Made by a program: the position numbers and the translations under genes
The notes under the pieces: generated by a model
Databases searched by the model: none
What the model saw: only the letters and a program-made list of their open reading frames with translations
What the model was told of the DNA's origin: nothing
In this document: positions 1-9,915 of the stretch, in pieces
Numbering within the stretch: the stretch's first letter is position 1
Layout of the letters: each line of letters opens with the position of its first letter
Assembly (NCBI GenBank): GCA_019057795.1
Contig: JAHLWS010000060.1
Coordinates: 15,432 to 79,431 of the forward strand
Direction of reading: 5' to 3'
DNA length: 64,000 nt
From: Promethearchaeota archaeon
GTDB taxonomy: Archaea > Asgardarchaeota > Lokiarchaeia > Sigyniarchaeales > SOKP01

Positions 1-1
1 T

Positions 2-295
2 CTCTTTTCTGGTGATACATTGTTTAAAGGTGCTATATCCAATATTTACGAATCAGGGTCAATCTCAGAATACATAAACTCGCTGCAAATATTGAACACT
101 TTAAAGATAGATAGCTTCTATCCTAGCCATGGAAATTGCGTAATCGGTTTTGAATTAGTATCTCAAGAGATAGAAAATTCTATAGAAAATGCAAAAATGG
201 AACTAAACGCGTATATTAACAGGATTAAGAGTAAATCTTTAGAAAAAGCTAGACCGCCTCCTTCCCTCTATAACAGGGAAGAAGAAGATCTTTAA
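2..295 (+). CDS. Metallo-beta-lactamase fold hydrolase, C-terminal part (5' end outside window)
   Basis: Frame is open from the window start, reading LFSGDTLF...YPSHG, the MBL motifs 4 and 5. Confidence 0.75.
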   Translation, partial: LFSGDTLFKGAISNIYESGSISEYINSLQILNTLKIDSFYPSHGNCVIGFELVSQEIENSIENAKMELNAYINRIKSKSLEKARPPPSLYNREEEDL

Positions 296-300
296 TTATT

Positions 301-921
301 TTAAATAGGACTGACCTCGATTTCGACTTTTGCGCCGCAATATTGACAATTTTTCAATTTTTTATTAAAAACATCCCCACAAGTTTTACATATTTGTAGA
401 TTTCTCTTGATTATCTTTTTAACAACAAATAAAAACGCTTCTTCAACATTTTCTCCAGTTTTCGAAGAGGTACTTGTAATTTCTGTAAACCAGTCATATT
501 TTTGACAAAATTCAGTAGCATCTTTTTTAGAAACCTCCCTTACGCTTTTTAAATCGATCTTAGTAGCTATAATTTGTTTGACAATATTGGAATGCGCGTT
601 TCCATCAATAATTCTCACCCAATTATCAATATCATCTAATGATTCTTTATTTGTAGTATCAAATAAAATAAATGCTGCTGAAGCTCCATTAGCATACGCA
701 GGAAATAAGGTGCGATATTTTTCTTCGCCAGCAAAATCCCATATATTTAAATCTAAGGAAATATCCTTATGAGGCCCCTTTACAGTGATACTTTTTCTTT
801 TAAAATCAACTCCTATTGTTGCTTTCATATCTTCTTTAAAAATATTATCACATAAACGGGCAATTAAGGAAGATTTGCCAACATCTTTAGCCCCAGCAAT
901 TATGATTTTATATTTTAGCAA
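301..921 (-). CDS. Rab-like small GTPase with C-terminal zinc ribbon
   Basis: G1 GAKDVGKS, G2 TIGVDF, G3 WDFAGE, G4 TKID, G5 SSK; C-terminal CKTC...CQYC. Confidence 0.9.
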   Translation of the reverse strand: MLKYKIIIAGAKDVGKSSLIARLCDNIFKEDMKATIGVDFKRKSITVKGPHKDISLDLNIWDFAGEEKYRTLFPAYANGASAAFILFDTTNKESLDDIDNWVRIIDGNAHSNIVKQIIATKIDLKSVREVSKKDATEFCQKYDWFTEITSTSSKTGENVEEAFLFVVKKIIKRNLQICKTCGDVFNKKLKNCQYCGAKVEIEVSPI

Positions 922-1070
922 ATTAAAATCTCCTTTCTTAAACCTATATTAAATTATTAGGAAGATGTTATTAATAGATTTTTATCTTAATGAGTAGCCA
1001 TTCATAAAAAGTGATTTTTGACATTAAGAACTTTAAAACAAAATGAAAAAAAATGAACTAAATTATAATT

Positions 1071-1547
1071 TTAAATAATTTCAATTTTTTGAATTTTATC
1101 TCCCTTCTGAATGGAATCAACCATTTTCTGATCTTCGGAACCTATTATTGCTCCAATTATGGTATGTTTATTATTTAAATGTGGCGTAGGAACGTGAGTT
1201 ATGAAAAATTGGGACCCATTTGTGTTTTTTCCCGCATTTGCCATTGCTAAGATACCAGGTTTATCAAAAGTTCTCCCCGATTTAAACTCGTCAGAAAAGG
1301 GGTAAGATATGTCTTTTCCTTGAAATGGAAAAGAATTTATTCCCTTTTGTTTTGGTCCGTGCATTCCTGTACCCGTTGGACATCCTCCTTGTATCATAAA
1401 GTCTTGAATTACGCGATGAAATGTCAATCCATTGTAATAACCTCGCTTAGCTAAGTATAAAAAGCTCGCAACAGCGAGGGGAGCGTCATCGTCAAACATC
1501 AAAAGATTTATAGTTCCTTTAGTAGTAATTAATTTTATTTTAGTCAT
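1071..1547 (-). CDS. Cyclophilin-type peptidyl-prolyl cis-trans isomerase
   Basis: FHRVIQDFMIQGGCPTGTG, LAMANAGKNTNGSQFFIT, HLNNKHT. Confidence 0.95.
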   Translation of the reverse strand: MTKIKLITTKGTINLLMFDDDAPLAVASFLYLAKRGYYNGLTFHRVIQDFMIQGGCPTGTGMHGPKQKGINSFPFQGKDISYPFSDEFKSGRTFDKPGILAMANAGKNTNGSQFFITHVPTPHLNNKHTIIGAIIGSEDQKMVDSIQKGDKIQKIEII

Positions 1548-1701
1548 AATATTTGTTTTAGTGCGTTATTACTAAAAAATATTTATTAAAAAATACTATA
1601 GAAACCTCATATTAAACTATCTAAAATATAAAAACTTTAAAATTAATAGCTATAAAACACTTTTGTAATTAAACTTAAAATCATTTAGCGTCAATGCAAA
1701 A

Positions 1702-3873
1702 ATGAACGATACTTCCGATATTTCTTATTTTTTCAACCCTAAAAGCATTGCAGTTATAGGAGCCAGTGCTACGCTTGGTAAAGTAGGTTATAATGTTTTA
1801 AGAAATATCATCGAATCAAAGTATTCTGGAAAAATTTTTCCTATTAATCCAAAAACTAAAGAAATATTGGGATATAAGGCTTATAAGAGCGTTTTAGATA
1901 TACCAGAGGATATTGACATCGCATTATTTGTTATTCCTAGTAAGTTTGTTAATTCCATCGCAGAAGAATGTGGAAAGAAAGGAATAAAGGGTTTAGTTAT
2001 TATCACCGCCGGTTTTAAAGAGATCGGGGGCGAAGGAATAACTCGTGAACAAGAGCTAATTAAAGTTGCAAATAAGTATGACATGAGAATTATTGGTCCA
2101 AATTGTTTGGGATTTATAGGGACGTCTTACAATGGTTCGTTTGCAGCTAACACTCCCAAAAAGGGACACATCGCTATGATTTCTCAATCTGGTGCCTTTC
2201 TCACATCGTTTATGGACTTCTCAATGGATCAAGCTTTTGGCTTTTCTTGCAATATAAGTTTAGGAAATAAAGCAGATATGGACGAAGTTGATTTCATTGA
2301 ATATTTAGCGAATGATGATAATACATCTGTAATTTTATGCTATTTAGAAAGCATAGAAGAAGGAGAAAAGTTCCTAAGAGTTGTATCTAAAGCAGCAAGG
2401 AAAAAACCAATTGTTATATTGAAAGCTGGAGTTAGCGAAGCTGGAGCTAGGGCCGCTTCAAGTCACACTGGAGCGTTAGCAGGTTCTGACATAGCATACG
2501 ATTTGGCTTTTCACAAATGTGGCGTTTTAAGAGCAAAAACAATTTCTGATCTTTTTGATTACGGAGAAATCTTTTTATTTCAACCGATCCCTAATAAAAA
2601 CTCCTTTGCGATCATAACTAATGCAGGTGGTCCAGGAATAATAGCTACTGACGCATTTGAACGCGAAGAGCTAAGATTTGCTCAATTTACCGAACCAATA
2701 TTGCATATGTTGCGAAATAATTTACCAGCAGAAGCAGCAATATTTAATCCGGTTGATATAATTGGAGATGCTACTCCAGATAGGTATGAATTTACTATAA
2801 AAACCATTTTTGGTTTAAATAATGATAACAGCCATGAAACAGTAAAAGAAGAAGACATTACAACATATGGGGCCCTTATCATAATGAGCCCACAAGCGCA
2901 AACGCGCCCATACGATGTGGCCAAATTAGTGACCGAAATATCGTCAAAACATTTACAGAATAAGCCAATTGTATGTACCCTTTTAGGAGGAGTTTCCATG
3001 GTCGAAGCAACCAAATATTTAAAGCAACATCGTATTCCTTGCTATCCTTTCCCAGAGAGAGCTGCTCAATCCCTTAAAGCATTAGTCAAATATAACCAAT
3101 TTTTAAATAAAACTGCTCTTGATGCTATAGAAATTCCAAAGTATGATGTTCAAAAAGAAAAAGTTAAAGAGATATTTAATAACGTAAGAAACGATGAGAG
3201 AACGGTTCTTTTAAGCTACGAGACAAGCGAAGTTTTTGAATGTTACGGTATTCGTTCTCCAAAGTCAAGATTAGCAAAAACGCCCAGAGAGGCTATGTCA
3301 TACCAAAAAGAAATTGGAAATTCAGTAATGAAAATCTCAAGCCCACAAATAATGCATAAAACGGATGTTGGAGGGATAATTTTAAACATCGATACTCCTG
3401 AGAAAGCTTTTGAAGCGTTCATTCAAATAGTTGATAATGCAAAAAAGTTTGGTCCACAAAATGTTAAAATTTATGGCGTAGAAATACAAGAAATGGTAAA
3501 TTTTGAACAAGAAAAGAAAGTTAACGAGTTAATTATTGGCATGTCGCGAGATGCCCAATTTGGACCGTTGCTAATGATTGGATCTGGTGGAATTTATGCC
3601 AATTTTCTTAAAGATGTTTCCTTTGCTTTATCTTATAAGTTTACAAGGGATAACGCAGCAAAAATGCTTCAAAAAACAAAGATCTTTAGTCTTCTACAAG
3701 GAGTACGCGGTGAAAGCTCGTCAGACATCGAATCAATAATTGAAGTTCTATTACGCCTTTCACAATTAGTTAATGACTTCCCGGATATAATGGAATTAGA
3801 CATCAACCCCCTTTTAAGTTTTATTAAAGGTTATTCAGCGGTAGATCTTAAAATCACAATATCACGAGAATGA
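1702..3873 (+). CDS. Acetate--CoA ligase (ADP-forming), fused alpha/beta
   Basis: PKSIAVIGAS CoA-binding domain, GPNCLG, SHTGALAG phospho-His motif, HKTDVGG and ELDINP ATP-grasp motifs. Confidence 0.9.
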   Translation: MNDTSDISYFFNPKSIAVIGASATLGKVGYNVLRNIIESKYSGKIFPINPKTKEILGYKAYKSVLDIPEDIDIALFVIPSKFVNSIAEECGKKGIKGLVIITAGFKEIGGEGITREQELIKVANKYDMRIIGPNCLGFIGTSYNGSFAANTPKKGHIAMISQSGAFLTSFMDFSMDQAFGFSCNISLGNKADMDEVDFIEYLANDDNTSVILCYLESIEEGEKFLRVVSKAARKKPIVILKAGVSEAGARAASSHTGALAGSDIAYDLAFHKCGVLRAKTISDLFDYGEIFLFQPIPNKNSFAIITNAGGPGIIATDAFEREELRFAQFTEPILHMLRNNLPAEAAIFNPVDIIGDATPDRYEFTIKTIFGLNNDNSHETVKEEDITTYGALIIMSPQAQTRPYDVAKLVTEISSKHLQNKPIVCTLLGGVSMVEATKYLKQHRIPCYPFPERAAQSLKALVKYNQFLNKTALDAIEIPKYDVQKEKVKEIFNNVRNDERTVLLSYETSEVFECYGIRSPKSRLAKTPREAMSYQKEIGNSVMKISSPQIMHKTDVGGIILNIDTPEKAFEAFIQIVDNAKKFGPQNVKIYGVEIQEMVNFEQEKKVNELIIGMSRDAQFGPLLMIGSGGIYANFLKDVSFALSYKFTRDNAAKMLQKTKIFSLLQGVRGESSSDIESIIEVLLRLSQLVNDFPDIMELDINPLLSFIKGYSAVDLKITISRE

Positions 3874-3914
3874 AATATCAGAAAATATAAAAAATTAATA
3901 ATATATAATAAAAT

Positions 3915-5003
3915 TTGAAAAGAAAAAAGGAATCAAAGATGGTAAAATCAATATATTTATGTTCATTGCGAGAACATGTTGGAAAAAGCCTTTTATCGAT
4001 TGGAATCATGTCAAAGTTACAAGAAGATGGTAAAAAAGTAGCTTATTTTAAACCAATCGGCATTCCTAAAGGAGCTTTTTCGGATAAAGCTGATAGAGAC
4101 GTTGGATTTATTCAAAATACAATTTTTAAAACTACCTTACCTTACGATATTATTAGCCCTGTATCAATTCCAGATTGTTATTACATCGATTTAATCGATG
4201 AAACTAAAAAAGAAGACAATCTCCAAATAATTAAAAACGCGTATGCTGAGTTGAGTAAATTATACGATTACATCATTATCGAAGGAGCGCCAAGTATAAA
4301 AAAATACATCCGAGTTGGGTTGGACGATATTACAGTTGCCCAAACTCTTGGAATCGACGAATTAGTTTTTATCCAAGCAGAATCGTCCGATAAATGCATT
4401 GATAATTTGTTTTTTGCGAAGAAGTATTTTGAATTTAGAAATATGAATATAAAAGGAGTTATTTTTAACAAGATTGACTACGATTATAAAGCGCGGATTG
4501 AAGAACTAAAGGAAAATCATATTGAGCGTTATAATATTCCTATAATTGGTCTCATTGAAAAGAGTTTAGAGTTATTATCCCCACGGGTCTCAGAGCTAAT
4601 GGAAGCCATTGGTGGTGAACTTATAAATCAATCGACAATTGAAGGGTTAAATTCTATTGTAGAGACATACCTTATAATTGCAATGAATGTTCAAGCCGCT
4701 TTAAAATACATGCGCTCAGTAAAAAAAGTAGTAGTAATCACAGGTGGAGACCGTACAGATATTGTTTTAGCAGCCATTGAAGAAAATGTTTTGGCGTTAA
4801 TCTTGACAGGTTTTATACAACCAGACGCTAAAGTAATATACGCTGCAAACGAGAAAAAGATACCTATAATCTTAAGTCCATCTGACACCTACACAACAAT
4901 AAGGAACATGGAACGCGTAAGGCCCGGAATTCAAGAGGAGGAAATTAATCTTGTCTTAGAACTAGTTAAAAAGCATTTAGATTGGGACCTTTTGTTAAAA
5001 TAA
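3915..5003 (+). CDS. Phosphotransacetylase N-terminal-like (BioD-like P-loop + DRTGG domain) protein; start probably ATG near 3939
   Basis: VGKSLLSIG, YFKPIG, IIEGA, ITGGDRTD; directly follows the acetate-CoA ligase. Confidence 0.85.
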   Translation: MKRKKESKMVKSIYLCSLREHVGKSLLSIGIMSKLQEDGKKVAYFKPIGIPKGAFSDKADRDVGFIQNTIFKTTLPYDIISPVSIPDCYYIDLIDETKKEDNLQIIKNAYAELSKLYDYIIIEGAPSIKKYIRVGLDDITVAQTLGIDELVFIQAESSDKCIDNLFFAKKYFEFRNMNIKGVIFNKIDYDYKARIEELKENHIERYNIPIIGLIEKSLELLSPRVSELMEAIGGELINQSTIEGLNSIVETYLIIAMNVQAALKYMRSVKKVVVITGGDRTDIVLAAIEENVLALILTGFIQPDAKVIYAANEKKIPIILSPSDTYTTIRNMERVRPGIQEEEINLVLELVKKHLDWDLLLK

Positions 5004-5091
5004 TTGCCCGTTTAATTTTTTATTACAATAATAACTATTACATTAAACATAATACCAATAGGAAAGGAGATATCAGTTTATCTTCTCTTTT

Positions 5092-5705
5092 TTATTTTTC
5101 TTTCTTGCTTTTTGAACGAAATTCAATGTCCACTATAAGATTTGGGAGGTCATATTTTTTTAATTTATTTCTAATAGCTTCAAAACCAGAACACTGACCC
5201 CATTTAAATTGAGACTCACATTTTTTGCATGTATTATATAACCCATATGCGTGGTAAACATTTAAAAAAGTGAGGAGAGTACTAAAAACTAACAGAAAGA
5301 TTATAGAATTTGTAAAAACTGGAAAATTCAGAGAGAAAATCCCCCAAAATATCAAAGCTGAACCAAATCCGATAAATATTTTTTGAATAATTTTTATTAT
5401 TTTAATTCTTGTTGCTCCTGTAAAACTTAGAAAAAAAAAGTTGACATAAACAGAATGCCAAAAATTATTAAATAATTTGAAGGAATTGATTCGTTTAGTT
5501 TAAAAACTCCCATAATTATTATCGCTATGAACGAAGTAGGATATCCAATAAAACACCCAATGCAAAATTCATGTTTGCGAAGTTTTATTGCGTGTCCCTT
5601 GAAATTCTCGCATTCCGGGTGGTGCCTAAGAAAAAATGAACCAAAGCTTTTAATAACTAAGAAAGTTTCTAACAACTTGCTCCTTTTTTTCTCTTTACCT
5701 TTCAT
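5092..5705 (-). pseudogene. Membrane protein with Cys/His motifs (DUF2085-like), split by a frameshift in a homopolymer
   Basis: ORF 5427..5705 (HHPEC...H...FCIGC) stops just after an A9 run at 5431-5439; adding one base gives FLSFTGATRIKIIKIIQKIFIGFGSAL and joins ORF 5092..5355 (CKKC...C). Confidence 0.7.
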
Positions 5706-6161
5706 TATCTCGATAAGTAAATTTAATCGTTAGAAATTAATTACAAAAGATATGTGATACATCTTATAAAACCATGTCTTAGTTCAAAAAAAAAAATTGT
5801 TCTCATCAAATTTAGCGTGAAGTAGCAAGGTTAAAACGCTAACCTAAATCGATTGTAAAATTACTAAAAACAATCATTACTTAATAAAATTGTTGAATTT
5901 TAGTCAAAAAAAAACTTAAAAATCACATAAAAGTTATATAAATGACTTTTTTATTTATAGATGATTTATACTTTTAGTGCATACCAACATTATTTATCAA
6001 AAAAAGTTATCGATATTGATAATGCAATTTCCGTTTTCGGTCCTTCAACTTTCCGAAATGATTCCCATAATTATTGAAAATGTACGGAAAAAGTCATGAT
6101 TTAAATATGAAAAATCATATTTCTATCATAGAAACATAAAAAAAAATTGTTTTGATGAAAA

Positions 6162-6431
6162 ATGGCATTAAAAGTAAATGAAAGAAATATTGACGATGTA
6201 TTTGATGGAGAATATAAAAAAATAAGAGAATCTTTATCAGGTTTAAAAGAGATTTTTAAAATTAATCTTTTAGAGAATAATATATATTATCAATGCGCTA
6301 CCGATAATCTGGAATCCATACATGAAACTATAATCAGTCTATTAAAACATATGTACTCACCTCGAGAAGTGAGAATGAGGTTGCGAGAGATTGAATATGA
6401 CGAGCTTGAAGCCCAAGAAAGCTACATTTAA
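6162..6431 (+). CDS. Small helical hypothetical protein, paralog of 60256..60528
   Basis: Shared NID(D/E)VF...GL.E..KINL..NIY(Y/F)Q...DNLE motif. Confidence 0.75.
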   Translation: MALKVNERNIDDVFDGEYKKIRESLSGLKEIFKINLLENNIYYQCATDNLESIHETIISLLKHMYSPREVRMRLREIEYDELEAQESYI

Positions 6432-6552
6432 CAGTATTCCTTTTTTAATCGTTTATTAAAAATATTTGTGTGCTTTTCGTCAAAACTGTTACTTATTATT
6501 ACGAAATTACGAAATCTTTATTTTAATAAAATAAGTTTGTATTTTATTATTT

Positions 6553-7953
6553 CTAAATTGAATTTAATTCCCAAATATCGAGAGAATTCACTTTCACTTT
6601 TCCTCCTGTTGTAAAAAGATCAATAGCAAACGGTAAGTTGCTTTTGGAAATGATTTGACCTGTAATACATTCACGATGGTTTGCAAAAACTTCGATAATC
6701 GAATTGTCAATAAAGATATGCAAGTTCAATTTCTTACTATTATTTTCAAGAATGAAATTAACTTTATCTTTGCCAGACCATAATACATTATTTGATTGGT
6801 CATACCCGATTGATTCAGCTTGAATTATTGATTTAGAATTAAATAATTGAATTCCAAAAGACTTTGCATCAAGTAATTCAAACTCTATTGCGATTTCTAA
6901 ATGTTTACTTCGAATATTTTTTAAAATCTCCTTAGAATTTTGAGAAATCACGAGGTTGCTAAATTTATAATGCTTTTTCCTCAATTTTTCGAGCTCAGGT
7001 AATGGGGCGTATCTTAACTTGTTATCTGGACCTAAGCTCAGTATCCGTGGTAAGGACAAACAACCGTTCCATCCTTTAATGTCTGTAGCACGAATCCATG
7101 CCCATAAGATTGTTCTATTATGTGGGTCCTTCATTACATTGGTTGCGTAGAACAAACGACCGTGATCTAAAGCGTACCACTGATTTGGAGTAAAGGAATT
7201 ATTATTGTAGTCTCCTACAGCGTAGATTACTTTATTATGGGGGGATACAATAAGTATGTATTTATCCTTGATTGGAAAGAAATTTGGACATTCCCAATTC
7301 TTACCCTTCTTCCTATCTTCGATACATAATGGACCAATAAACTCCCAAGTGTAGAAGTCTGACGATTTATAAAGTAGAACTATAGGTCTTCTTGGATTAA
7401 TTAAATGTCCTCCTAAAACAGCGTACCATTCGTTACTTTCTTTCCATACAAAAGGATCCCGCCAATCTCTCACATCTAATTTCTTATGAATTTCTTGGGT
7501 CAATACTGGATTATTTTCGTATTTTTGCCAAGATACCATGTCATCTGAGCTTGTAGCAATCCATTGTTCGGCTTCAGTAGCGGGTGGTTTACTAGGTCCT
7601 ATACTAGTATACAATATTGTTGGTGTGTTGTCAATAACGATACAACTTCCGGAAAAACAGTGAGTCTCACCTTTATCTACAGAGGGAATCAATGCTATTG
7701 GTAAATGCTCCCATTGAACTAAATCTTTACTTTTGGCGTGACCCCAATGAACATTTCCCCATTGCGCTCCATAAGGGTTATGTTGATAAAAAATGTGATA
7801 TTCTCCTTTATAGTAAATGGGACCGTTTGGATCGTTCATCCAATTAGCTGGGGCGATAAAATGATATTTTGGCCTTAAAGGACAATCTTCTTCTCTTAAA
7901 CGAGCGTTCTTATACATTTCTAAATAAGGCTTTTTTTCGTTATTTTTATCCAT
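6553..7953 (-). CDS. Glycoside hydrolase family 32 (beta-fructofuranosidase/sucrose-6-phosphate hydrolase)
   Basis: WMNDPNG, WGHA, FSGS, RDP and WECP catalytic motifs; C-terminal beta-sandwich with IDNSIIEVF. Confidence 0.95.
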   Translation of the reverse strand: MDKNNEKKPYLEMYKNARLREEDCPLRPKYHFIAPANWMNDPNGPIYYKGEYHIFYQHNPYGAQWGNVHWGHAKSKDLVQWEHLPIALIPSVDKGETHCFSGSCIVIDNTPTILYTSIGPSKPPATEAEQWIATSSDDMVSWQKYENNPVLTQEIHKKLDVRDWRDPFVWKESNEWYAVLGGHLINPRRPIVLLYKSSDFYTWEFIGPLCIEDRKKGKNWECPNFFPIKDKYILIVSPHNKVIYAVGDYNNNSFTPNQWYALDHGRLFYATNVMKDPHNRTILWAWIRATDIKGWNGCLSLPRILSLGPDNKLRYAPLPELEKLRKKHYKFSNLVISQNSKEILKNIRSKHLEIAIEFELLDAKSFGIQLFNSKSIIQAESIGYDQSNNVLWSGKDKVNFILENNSKKLNLHIFIDNSIIEVFANHRECITGQIISKSNLPFAIDLFTTGGKVKVNSLDIWELNSI

Positions 7954-7965
7954 TAATAAAACTAA

Positions 7966-9150
7966 AATTTTGAAAATATTTTTAATTTTCTAAATGAATT
8001 CTTTTTCTCAGAAATATTAGGTAGGTCCATTCATGATAGCAGTGAGCTCTTAAATGATTATCTCCTGAGCAGGAGGAGAGGAAGACCAAGGACTTTCTCG
8101 GACGGAAGGAGGAAGCGCTTAGTGCCTCATCAAACCGAAGTAAACAAGTATCTCCGTAAGATTGGATTTAAGAAAGCGCAGAAGATCTTGCGCGAGTGCA
8201 TGGATGGGCAGCTTTTAGATGCTCTGGAAAGAGGCCTCATCTCAGAGAAGGTTAATGTGCTCATTGACTTCACTGAACATCCTTATTATGGAAAAAGAGA
8301 GGATACAATGATCAAAGGAACGAGTCGGGCGAAGGGCACGAAGAAGATGCGTCATTACTTAGGCTTCTCGATTCTTTCACGCAACACTCATCTTTATGTA
8401 GGACTGGAGCAAGTGGCATCAGGACAATCTAAAATACCCATCATCTTGAAATTTCTCGAACACTTACTTAATCTGGGATTCAAGTTAGGATATGTATTGA
8501 TGGATAGAGAATTCTATAGAGTTGTGTTATTAAATGGAATTAAGGCAATGAAGGGAGAGGTCATTATTCCTGCCAAAAAATACAAAAAGATCAAGCAGTT
8601 TCTTACCGATTATCTTGAGGGAACGCATGGTCGGGTGCGGAAATACACGCTTTCTAGTAAAGCGGCTGCGACATACCAATTTTCCCAACATGTTTATGTG
8701 ATAATAAAAGCAAAAAATCAATTCACTCTTCAAGGGGTCAAGCGGGACTACCAAGCTAAAAGGATATCCTTAGACGATGCTCGGAAGCGATTGTTTATAA
8801 TAATGACTACCGAAAAACCTCGAGGCAAGACAAGCTCTTGGGCGTCCCGCACGGCACTATTTTATCGAAAACGTTGGTTCATTGAAACGGGATTTTCCGA
8901 CTTAAATCGAATTAATCGCCGTTGGAAGTCGAACTACGATAATGTGCGCTACTTGGACATGTTGGTGCGGCTTCTTCTTTATAATTCTTGGAAAATGAAT
9001 AGGAAAATGATCCAAAAATCGGAAATAAAAGGGAGAAAGAAAAGAGCATGGACGCTCAATCGAAACCAGGATGCTTTAATAAGTTCTTATCTTTCTGATT
9101 TAAAAAATCAATAGTTTAATCAAGAATTTTCAGAATATTGTCGGTGTAAG
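7966..9150 (+). mobile_element. Insertion sequence remnant, IS4-like superfamily (ISH3-like); boundaries approximate, probably 5'-truncated
   Basis: Transposase ORF with locally higher GC; frame is open back to 7966 with no ATG, GTG or TTG before the GTG at 8122; no terminal inverted repeats identified. Confidence 0.6.
8122..9114 (+). CDS. DDE transposase (ISH3/IS4-like)
   Basis: IDFTEHPYYG, LMDREFY, YRKRWFIETGF (Y-x2-R-x3-E signature). Confidence 0.9.
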   Translation: MPHQTEVNKYLRKIGFKKAQKILRECMDGQLLDALERGLISEKVNVLIDFTEHPYYGKREDTMIKGTSRAKGTKKMRHYLGFSILSRNTHLYVGLEQVASGQSKIPIILKFLEHLLNLGFKLGYVLMDREFYRVVLLNGIKAMKGEVIIPAKKYKKIKQFLTDYLEGTHGRVRKYTLSSKAAATYQFSQHVYVIIKAKNQFTLQGVKRDYQAKRISLDDARKRLFIIMTTEKPRGKTSSWASRTALFYRKRWFIETGFSDLNRINRRWKSNYDNVRYLDMLVRLLLYNSWKMNRKMIQKSEIKGRKKRAWTLNRNQDALISSYLSDLKNQ

Positions 9151-9239
9151 GCATAAACAAAAAGAATAAAAAAAAAATAAATACTTAAATACTCAATATA
9201 AAAAAAAGGAGTTAATTCTATCTTAATTACCTTCAATGT

Positions 9240-9659
9240 TTAGATCAGAAGAGCCACTAATACTATACCAAGAATGATACCTAGTACGATCCCTACTAAT
9301 ATTGCGATTAAAAAAAGGACGATTTGTACAACTATAACAAAAATGATTGACTCACCAAATTCTTTTTTATAAACAATCTTAACTACAATGGCTCCAATAA
9401 TAATGGCAAGTACTAATTCGAGGAGACCAAATAGAAAACCTGCTCCAAACAAGTACTCAACTAGTAAACTAATTGGAATACCTGTTATTAGCCAAATTAT
9501 ATTGACTATGAATGCTGTTGAGAGAGAATCGTCCCATTCTTTTTTCTTGGCGTACCACCGCGTCACATATGTACCAACTATAAAGATTATAATTGCTAAA
9601 ATAATGACTGTAGTAAACGCAATAATTTCAACAAGTTGAAATAACATGTTTATCATCAA
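9240..9659 (-). CDS. Hypothetical membrane protein (about 4 TM)
   Basis: Four hydrophobic segments with an internal W/F-x-x-S repeat. Confidence 0.7.
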   Translation of the reverse strand: MMINMLFQLVEIIAFTTVIILAIIIFIVGTYVTRWYAKKKEWDDSLSTAFIVNIIWLITGIPISLLVEYLFGAGFLFGLLELVLAIIIGAIVVKIVYKKEFGESIIFVIVVQIVLFLIAILVGIVLGIILGIVLVALLI

Positions 9660-9915
9660 ATTTTTGGTAATTAAAGTATAATTTGGTCTGATTATATATA
9701 AATGTATACCTTTAATGCATTTTCCCCTAATGTATAATTAGAAGGTGACAAATTACATCTATATCTACATTTTCACCTCAGTTTGAGCAAATTCTTACCC
9801 AAGTTAATTAATATTTAGTAAAGTAGATAGTCGGTTTCTAAGTAATTATCGCTTAATATTCTACGCTCAACTACTCATAGATTTTATATATAAATGATTG
9901 TTGATTTTCTAAAAT

